This document shows, one piece after another, positions 53,801 to 60,266 of a stretch of 64,000 bases of DNA. Below the pieces are notes generated by a model. That model was not told where the DNA came from, searched no databases, and saw only the letters and a program-made list of their open reading frames with translations. The position numbers and the translations under genes are program-made. The first letter of the stretch is position 1. Every line of letters starts with the position of its first letter. Source of the stretch: Christensenellales bacterium (lineage in GTDB: Bacteria; Bacillota; Clostridia; Christensenellales; UBA1242); contig JBJETV010000006.1 in the NCBI GenBank assembly GCA_051883495.1, positions 2,160 through 66,159 on the forward strand, read 5' to 3'.

Positions 53801-55063
53801 GAAAATAAATTCGAGATAACAACAGATTTTATAGCAGGTGGCTCTGTTGCTTTTGCTTTTAATTGTAGAAACGCCATAATAGCAATTTTAGATGGAGATA
53901 AAACTCTCTCAAATATAACTAAACAAATAACTGGTGCTTTTGAGGTAGAGCAAAAAGTTAGTAGTGAATCAACAAAACTTGGTGAAAGCGAGGAAAATGC
54001 TCTTTCTGCGCCAATGTTTGATGGACTAACTAAAGACAATTATTTAACTGTAAAATATGGCGCTTTGGAAGTTTCTGAAGACAACAATCCTTTTGCAAAT
54101 GGTTATACTTTATCATTTGTAAGGATTACAGGGACGGATTCTTCTGCGACAGCAGAGTGGTTAATGATTGCTGAAGATGGAAGTATAAAACTAAAAGCAA
54201 TAAACCAAACTGGCGTTGTTTCAACTAAATTTATTGTTAGAATATCCAAAGGAGGGGCTTATTCTGATTTTGTTGTTACAATATACGCAAGGTCTAGTAT
54301 TTCAATTAGCAACCTTGTTATAAGAAAAGGTGAAGGCAACGAAAACGAAATAAAAGCAGGGAAGGACAATGGAATTTCTTTTGGCAGTGGAATAAGTTTT
54401 GCGGAAGAAAGTTCATTAGCAAACCTTGCTACAAACAATAAGATTTCTGCGGTTAATATTACTGCTGTTTACAATCAAGACGGAATACAAAACTTTGTCA
54501 AATCAACCAATTGGAATGGTGTAAGTCCACTTACATTTGGACTATATTCAGGCGACCTAGCAAGCGAGCAGACAGTGAATATTCAGTTTGTATTTGTCTT
54601 TACCGATAGTGCGGGAGAATATACAATAACAAAGCAGATAAAGGTTACTCCTAATATATCTTTAACATTAAAAACCAATAAAAAATCAGAATCCAACCCA
54701 AGCGGATATGATGGATACGATTTTATTTCAGGCAATACTATAACTGTTTTTAGTGCAGAAAGTTATGATTACACCCAAAACGGCTCCGTAATATTACCTA
54801 GTGGATCTGATGTGTCATTGGATGATATCTTGGGTGGATATACAGATACTATAACTAATCACCCACATATAAAGGATATAAATGGCCTCTTTGTACCAGA
54901 AACGGGAGAAGTTGTGTTGGTGTCTAGATATAAGACAGATAGTGATGAGGAGGAAGAAATCATTAATGCGTCTTATGTTTTGGTGTATGATTATGAAAAC
55001 GACGGCTTGGAATATTCGCAAGAAATTAGATTCGATTTCAAAATTAAATTGTATGCAATATAA
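50894..55063 (+). CDS. Hypothetical 1389-aa signal-anchored extracellular protein
   Basis: SD GGAG. The single N-terminal helix is VILLTFLCTIGGLALVLGGVYLF. The remainder is Ser/Thr/Asn-rich and beta-like; one segment (SVELNIDQVTLKPGNSINI...LSPANA) resembles a bacterial Ig-like (Big_2-type) domain. Confidence 0.7.
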   Translation: MRRVFKVILLTFLCTIGGLALVLGGVYLFGGMDEKPVYATNLTFSETEVVKSGPFSLTVNTTTENVNKKTLVLETSKTPNGDAIINYPKYITIGEPFHIAPILIDNVPQGGYFELYARYEGEATNQSVIAKCKILIDVPIQSVELNIDQVTLKPGNSINISKANETKISDIVSLSPANAIMPYNNSSSAISGIENGSLFAGKDVKNKKIFLQIQSLGETNPATFRVGEGANATYSTVAELTYKYVNGSIVATNTISVVTSGNDEVGNIVICAYVCPSYDNNPDNIEDLDEENVATVKHDVSVVEYTIDQMNISNDTSSLYLGETTKIYLNNSHAEEGSFNLGLDVVSSDGKSISLSTLPKEMLNKYIYINFADNSVGGILSRVDGTQNGGLYGLNCSSNSTEMGEWYFNITVNNFQKYLDYNNNGNKIKLVVTFYDNGLNESQDVIQKEVYLIPKITEVDKVESSQYSISAKSGSKLNFDTNNYSIVFVDNKTPVGIANNFKIVHYVKLNEPTNGEIVLNGVTLESEYEHMVLNGESILILKTPNAQVTGSGSFKIYSQACYDDGQSKYFLGNSCNTDIEVVEAIEYIDCYSYEGDKAVNFSTFEFNENDKDGTNSIVRYLYVTTAKEQLPKLATFVSNNKLKVQVKQVSGLTNEDDYNSSTLGGGLQDQNKNTITFGNWEEVRDGGSVVGYKISYTIGEVVTIQIGDNKIQNLFDIKVYLDIEPLEVTTNYKIATGNVSSLQYLVKDKILQTTILSLDSYGAEDNPVVLSANVDDSGNLQWNGANLSNLTYGFAYEGNSPVSSSGYSYRFAFNGAELPSNICSFTAQENFKGGINFASVPYRESGYTGKFTFLCQSPNSDNSIMKWSSTNRRFEKVVNPSLQEKTLYFKLIGLNIIIEANSTNISGVNGTRSHIFKQSNDDTNYLFTLKKVEGTTKTDILTADYTKFLSMETVFGNPEDNSKTIYSLQENKFEITTDFIAGGSVAFAFNCRNAIIAILDGDKTLSNITKQITGAFEVEQKVSSESTKLGESEENALSAPMFDGLTKDNYLTVKYGALEVSEDNNPFANGYTLSFVRITGTDSSATAEWLMIAEDGSIKLKAINQTGVVSTKFIVRISKGGAYSDFVVTIYARSSISISNLVIRKGEGNENEIKAGKDNGISFGSGISFAEESSLANLATNNKISAVNITAVYNQDGIQNFVKSTNWNGVSPLTFGLYSGDLASEQTVNIQFVFVFTDSAGEYTITKQIKVTPNISLTLKTNKKSESNPSGYDGYDFISGNTITVFSAESYDYTQNGSVILPSGSDVSLDDILGGYTDTITNHPHIKDINGLFVPETGEVVLVSRYKTDSDEEEEIINASYVLVYDYENDGLEYSQEIRFDFKIKLYAI

Positions 55064-55190
55064 ATATCTATCTAAAAAAATAAAAAGGCACAAAAAAGTG
55101 TAAAAGCGTGCAAAAAAACTTTTACGGCAACTAAATGTGTAATTGCAAAAAAATGCTTTATAAAGAGTTTATAAACAAAGGAGATAAAAA

Positions 55191-55919
55191 ATGAATTTGT
55201 TTGAAAATCAAAATTATTACAACAAAGAATCTTTTGATAAGCTTAGTTTTGACGACCAAAAAGAATTGTTTTTGAGGATTAGAGCATGGGTACCTCAAGT
55301 GGACGACAGTATAAGATACAACAAAGATAAGTATGAAAGAGTGATTTTGAATAGAATAGAACAAATTTGTGCCTATGCTTGCTCGGGGCATATTCCATCA
55401 CAAGATTATATGGGATATATTTACAAGCGAGGTTTTGCAGAATTTTTCCCAATAAACTACAAAAGAGCGCTTGAATGGAATATAATTGCAGCAAAAAACG
55501 GAAGTAAACTTGCCCCACAGAAGATGAAAACATTTATGAGCCCAGCCATAGAAATGATTATGACTAGTCCAAGGTGGGGGCAAATTGTCCGTTATAACGA
55601 CCTAAATTTGACCAATTATTTTTGGTTTTTGAGCCAATATGTGTGTGAAATTTTATACGCAGACCTTAATCTAAACCCAGTGGAAATGTCGAAAAAAGAA
55701 CTTATTGAAGAAGATACCAACGAAAGAAGAATAAGGATTTTCTTTGATAGATTTAGAGATAGAAGTGTTGAAAGGGCTATTGAAAATCTTATAAGTAAGT
55801 TGCCAGAAGATATGCCAGAGGTGGAAGAAGAAGGGTTCGGTGAAGACCTTTTGAGAGATGAAAACGGGCGTAGAAAAGATGAAATAGACTTTGAGAGCAT
55901 CAATATCGAAGATATATAA
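55191..55919 (+). CDS. Hypothetical protein with one Sel1-like repeat and an acidic C-terminus
   Basis: SD AAAGGAGA. YMGYIYKRGFAEFFPINYKRALEWNIIAAKNGSKLA resembles a Sel1/TPR-like repeat. Confidence 0.5.
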   Translation: MNLFENQNYYNKESFDKLSFDDQKELFLRIRAWVPQVDDSIRYNKDKYERVILNRIEQICAYACSGHIPSQDYMGYIYKRGFAEFFPINYKRALEWNIIAAKNGSKLAPQKMKTFMSPAIEMIMTSPRWGQIVRYNDLNLTNYFWFLSQYVCEILYADLNLNPVEMSKKELIEEDTNERRIRIFFDRFRDRSVERAIENLISKLPEDMPEVEEEGFGEDLLRDENGRRKDEIDFESINIEDI

Positions 55920-56016
55920 TAAAATAACATATATAACGATAAATGTGTAATGTAAATGACGCACAATGCAATGGCTATATATGCAATATAAATGATGTAT
56001 AATTTTTCTAAAAACT

Positions 56017-56210
56017 ATATTAAAGTAAATATATTAAAATAAAGTATCTTAAAGTAAATATACTAGGGTAAATATATTAGAAAAAATATATTAAAAAATG
56101 TGTTAAAAAAAATATATTAGAAAAAATATATTAAAAACAATATGTTAGAGAAAATATGTTAGAAGATATATTGAAATAATATATTAGAAAATTATTGAAA
56201 TAATAATAGC
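56017..56210. repeat. About 14 degenerate tandem units of 12-15 bp (ATATATTAGAAAAA)
   Basis: Read directly from the sequence. The array lies between the stop at 55919 and the terminator at 56224. Confidence 0.85.
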
Positions 56211-56223
56211 CTTATAATCATAC

Positions 56224-56256
56224 AAAAAATCCAACCAGTGAGTTGGATTTTTTTCT
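56224..56256 (+). terminator. Rho-independent terminator
   Basis: AAAAAATCCAAC-cagtga-GTTGGATTTTTTT. Confidence 0.8.
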
Positions 56257-56386
56257 TTGACACAAAATTTGCAGTTTTTTTGCCCAAAAATAGAAGTTAT
56301 TCAAGATTTTCAAAAATAAAAGTGATGCAGGATTTGTTGTAAAATATTATTTTTATTAAGGAAAAATTAACTTATTATTGTAAAAA

Positions 56387-56540
56387 ACTATTAAAGTAAA
56401 AACTATTAAAGCAAAAACATCTGTTAAAATAAAAAACTATTAAAGTAAAAAAAAATACTAAAGTAAAAAATTATTAAAGTAAAGATATTTTATTAAGATA
56501 AAGATAGTTTATTAAGTCAAAATGAAGTTTTATTATAATA
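56387..56540. repeat. About 9 degenerate tandem units of 15-20 bp (ACTATTAAAGTAAAA)
   Basis: Read directly from the sequence, upstream of the spoVT promoter region. Confidence 0.8.
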
Positions 56541-56604
56541 AATTTTTTTTAACTGAAATTTTTTAGTAATAGAAAGATTTATTTTTAGCAAAAGATAAAT
56601 TTGT

Positions 56605-56634
56605 TGAATAGTTTTTTGTCAAACACAAAAACTA
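56605..56634 (+). promoter_or_regulatory. Forespore sigma-G/F-like promoter candidate (TGAATA-17-AAAACTA)
   Basis: TGAATA at 56605-56610 and AAAACTA at 56628-56634 (5/7 match to CATACTA), 17-nt spacer, about 30 nt upstream of the spoVT ATG. Confidence 0.4.
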
Positions 56635-56662
56635 ATTACAAGATAAAAAAGGGGACTTTGAT

Positions 56663-57148
56663 ATGGGTTGTGGAATGGTTAGAAAAGTTGATGAATTGGG
56701 CAGAGTGGTTGTGCCAAAAGAAATGAGGAGAGTACTTGGTATCAAACCGGGAAGTTCTGTAGAAATGTCCATCGACACACAAAATAATGTTGTTTTGAAA
56801 AAGTTTTCGGAAATAGAAAACCTCGAGTTTTTTGCACAAATTGTGGCTGATGTTTTGTTTGAAGTAACAGGCAACCCAGTTTGCGTTTGTGATGACGAAA
56901 AGGTTGTTGCTTGCAAGGGAATATCCAAAAAGTTGATTGATGAAAATTCGATTATGGATATTTGTGCTGTGGGCAAATTGGATAATATAGAGTATGCTAT
57001 ATACAAAAATTGCTTTTTAAGAGAAATAAAAAGCGATGGAAGTGTTTGCGGATACATAATAATGATGTCAAATAAAGAAATCGGTCAAGACGTAAAAAAA
57101 ATATGCGAGGTCGCTTCAATTATTTTTGCAAAAACCATTTCTTCGTGA
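56663..57148 (+). CDS. spoVT: Stage V sporulation protein T (AbrB-type N-terminal domain + GAF-like C-terminal domain)
   Basis: VRKVDELGRVVVPKEMRRVLGIKPGSSVEMSIDTQNNVVLKKF closely parallels B. subtilis SpoVT/AbrB. GGGG SD 8 nt before the ATG. Confidence 0.85.
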   Translation: MGCGMVRKVDELGRVVVPKEMRRVLGIKPGSSVEMSIDTQNNVVLKKFSEIENLEFFAQIVADVLFEVTGNPVCVCDDEKVVACKGISKKLIDENSIMDICAVGKLDNIEYAIYKNCFLREIKSDGSVCGYIIMMSNKEIGQDVKKICEVASIIFAKTISS

Positions 57149-57154
57149 GGTAAA

Positions 57155-58915
57155 ATGAAAAAACAATCATTTTTAACTGGCGCAATTATTTTGACAATAA
57201 GTGGAATTGTATGCAAAATTTTGGGAGCAATATACAAAATTCCGCTTACAAATATACTGGGCTCTCAGGGAATGGGATTTTATTATATAATTTTTCCCGT
57301 TTACGCTTTTTTGCTGTCTTTTGTGTCGTCTTGTTTTACAATTTCCATATCAAAAAAGGTTTCTTCTGCAATGGCGGAGGGAAATTTTTCCATGGCACAT
57401 GGTTACCTTAGGGCATCACTTTTACTTTTAACTTTTTTAGGGGTGGGCTTGTGCATGGTGTTAATCGTGCTGGCAAGATTGATTGCCTATCTTCAGGGAA
57501 TTGCCAGCATTTATATTTGCTATCTTATCATAGCACCATCTATTATAGCTGTAGCCATACAGGGTGCTTTTAAGGGGTTTTTTCAGGGGTTGCAAAATAT
57601 GACTCCATCTGCAATCTCGCAGGTTGTGGAAGAAATTTTGAAACTTACGGTAGGGTTTTCTCTTGCGAGTTTGTTGGTGGAAAAAAGTGAACTGTTTGGT
57701 GCATGTGGGGCTCTGGTTGGCATTTTAGTTGCAGAAGTGGGCACATGTGTATATTTCACTGTATCTTATTTTGCTTTCAAAATAAACAACAAATCTCTTT
57801 TTGTGCATAGCAAAAAATGCAATTTACAGGAAAAACCTCATAGTTTAGAAAAAAATGACAATTCGATTGCTTGCAAAAACAAAAACTCTCTTTGCCAATC
57901 AAAACTGGATAAAATAGGCGCAAAAAGAAAGATTATTAACTTTTTTTGTTCGCAAAACACCTCAAAAAATTGTCAATGCAAAGAAAACTCTTGCAAGAAA
58001 CCTTTATGCAAACTTATGGGGGAAGTTTTTGCAAATGCTGTGCCATTTATGTTAAGTTCGCTGGTAATTCCATTATCCCTAGTTGTAGATAGTTTTTTGA
58101 TAGTTAATATTTTGAAAAATATGGGTTTTGACAAATTCTTTGCAACTGCATTGCTAGGACTAAATGCTGGAGTTGTAAGTACTCTTGTTGGATTGCCTGC
58201 AACATTATCATCTTCACTATGCACTACAATAGTTCCATTTATCACATACTCTATTGCAAGAGGAGATGTTTCAGCCACTTCGCAAAAAATTTGCCTAGCC
58301 CTAAAACTTACTGTAATAGTATCTCTCCCATGTTTTTTTGTGTTTATGTTTTTCTCTCCAAAGGTAATAAATGTATTGTATTCGTTTGATAGTGTATATG
58401 AGTTTAATATGGCAAGCACTTTGCTTATGATATCCAGCATAAACGCATTATATTTGTCAATATTGCAACTTACTATTGCAATACTGCAAGCATTTGGCAA
58501 GACGTATATTCCTGTGGTCAATTTGAGTATAGGGCTTCTATTTAAGGTGTTATTTGAGTTTATTTTGATAAATATCCCAGATATAAACATTTCTGGTGCA
58601 ATAGTATCCAATATTGCTTGTTATTTTGTGCCGAGTGTGCTGAATATTATTCAAATCAAAAAACTTGTATCACTAAGTCCTAGTTTATGGCGGACATTTG
58701 TTTCCCCAGCCATTGCAAGTGTTATTATGGTTGCAATAATAGCACTTTGTTTGACCTTTACAACAAATTATCTATCACCTAAACTAGCGACATTAATATC
58801 CTTCTTTGTAGGTGCGGTGAGTTATTTTGTTTGTATACTGCTGTTCAAAACATTCCTAAAAGAAGAGAAACAAGACTTTTGGCTGTTTAGAACTAAAAAG
58901 AAATCACCATCCTAA
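57155..58915 (+). CDS. MOP-superfamily flippase (SpoVB/YabM-like polysaccharide biosynthesis protein)
   Basis: 586 aa and polytopic. The N-terminus SFLTGAIILTISGIVCKILGAIYKIPLTNILGSQGMG is typical of the family. Its position after spoVT matches yabM in B. subtilis. It has a Cys/Lys-rich insertion. Confidence 0.8.
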   Translation: MKKQSFLTGAIILTISGIVCKILGAIYKIPLTNILGSQGMGFYYIIFPVYAFLLSFVSSCFTISISKKVSSAMAEGNFSMAHGYLRASLLLLTFLGVGLCMVLIVLARLIAYLQGIASIYICYLIIAPSIIAVAIQGAFKGFFQGLQNMTPSAISQVVEEILKLTVGFSLASLLVEKSELFGACGALVGILVAEVGTCVYFTVSYFAFKINNKSLFVHSKKCNLQEKPHSLEKNDNSIACKNKNSLCQSKLDKIGAKRKIINFFCSQNTSKNCQCKENSCKKPLCKLMGEVFANAVPFMLSSLVIPLSLVVDSFLIVNILKNMGFDKFFATALLGLNAGVVSTLVGLPATLSSSLCTTIVPFITYSIARGDVSATSQKICLALKLTVIVSLPCFFVFMFFSPKVINVLYSFDSVYEFNMASTLLMISSINALYLSILQLTIAILQAFGKTYIPVVNLSIGLLFKVLFEFILINIPDINISGAIVSNIACYFVPSVLNIIQIKKLVSLSPSLWRTFVSPAIASVIMVAIIALCLTFTTNYLSPKLATLISFFVGAVSYFVCILLFKTFLKEEKQDFWLFRTKKKSPS

Positions 58916-58937
58916 TATATAGGATAATCTGTGATGA

Positions 58938-59057
58938 GATAATTGACAATCATCGCTTAATCAGTGCAGTTTGTCAATTATATCAAAAATAATTATTTAT
59001 AGATTATAATTGTCAAAAACAGCATAAATAGTGATGTGTAGCAATTATTTTGACAAT
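58938..59057. repeat. Four copies of AATTGACAA/TTGTCAATT arranged as two inverted pairs
   Basis: ATAATTGACAA (58938-58948) pairs with TTGTCAATTAT (58970-58980). AATTGTCAA (59007-59015) pairs with TTGACAATT (59049-59057). Confidence 0.9.
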
Positions 59058-59189
59058 TCTTTGTAATACATATCATTTCTTGGATAGATTGCTGTAAGTA
59101 GAATATTTTGCAAAGATGCTATTATATTTGCCTAAAACAAATGTGTATAAATAGTTTAAGTTTTTGAAAATATGTGATAAAATAATTAT

Positions 59190-60113
59190 ATGAAAATAGG
59201 TAAATTTGAAACAAAAACTGATGTGTTTTTGGCGCCAATGGCGGGTGTAAGTGATGTGGCCTTTAGAGAACTTTGTGTAAGGTATGGCGCTGGGCTAACG
59301 ACAACAGAGATGGTAAGTGTAAAGGGTTTGTATTACAACAGTAAAAATACAAAAAAACTATTGCAACTATCTCCACTAGAAAGACCAAGTGTAGTGCAAC
59401 TTTTTGGACATGAACCAAAGGTCTTTGAGGAAGTGTTGAAGAGTGGTGTGTTGGATAATTTTGACATTATTGATATCAATATGGGTTGTCCTGCTCCAAA
59501 GATTGTTAAAAATGGAGATGGCAGTGCGTTATTAAAAAATATGGAACTTGCTAGGCAGATTATTGAAACTTGTGTGAAATTTGGCAACCGACCAATAACT
59601 GTAAAGTTTAGGAAAGGTTTTGGTGAAAATGACGATGTGCTGATTCCTTTTGCAAAAATGTGTGAAGAGGCAGGGGCAAGTGTGATAACTGTTCATCCAC
59701 GAACAACATTTCAGGGATACAGTGGCAAGATTGATTTGGAGGATATTGCAAAGGTCAAAAGGGCGGTTAGTATTCCTGTTGTGGGCAATGGAGATGTTAG
59801 GTCGTATGATGATTTTGTGAAGATGAAGGGAACAGGTTGTGATGGAGTTTTGATTGGTCGAGGGACTGTGGGACATCCAGAAATATTTGCAATATGTTCT
59901 TGCCAATCCAATGATAAAAACAGCATTGAAATAGCAAAGGAACACATTGATATTATGAAAAAGTATTTTGACGAGGATTATATTCAAAAGAATTTCAAAA
60001 GGCATGCTTTTGGTTATGTTGATGGAGAAATAGGTGCTGTGGAAAAGCGAAAGAAAATTGCTTTGGCTAAGTCCTTGGAAGAAATTGAACAAATTTTGTT
60101 CGCCAAAAAGTGA
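59190..60113 (+). CDS. dusB: tRNA-dihydrouridine synthase (DusB-like)
   Basis: VFLAPMAGVSDVAFRELC...DINMGCPAPKIVKNGDGSALL...TVHPRT. Confidence 0.93.
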   Translation: MKIGKFETKTDVFLAPMAGVSDVAFRELCVRYGAGLTTTEMVSVKGLYYNSKNTKKLLQLSPLERPSVVQLFGHEPKVFEEVLKSGVLDNFDIIDINMGCPAPKIVKNGDGSALLKNMELARQIIETCVKFGNRPITVKFRKGFGENDDVLIPFAKMCEEAGASVITVHPRTTFQGYSGKIDLEDIAKVKRAVSIPVVGNGDVRSYDDFVKMKGTGCDGVLIGRGTVGHPEIFAICSCQSNDKNSIEIAKEHIDIMKKYFDEDYIQKNFKRHAFGYVDGEIGAVEKRKKIALAKSLEEIEQILFAKK

Positions 60114-60266
60114 ATAATGAGTAGCGAAAGTTGATAAAATGTAGAATATTTTTTCAAATGTGCTTATTTTTGTTAACAAAATAGTAGAAAATTGATACAA
60201 TAGGATAGTTTATAAAATAATGTTTGTTTTTGCGATAAAAATCAACATTAAAAGAAGAGGTTATAG

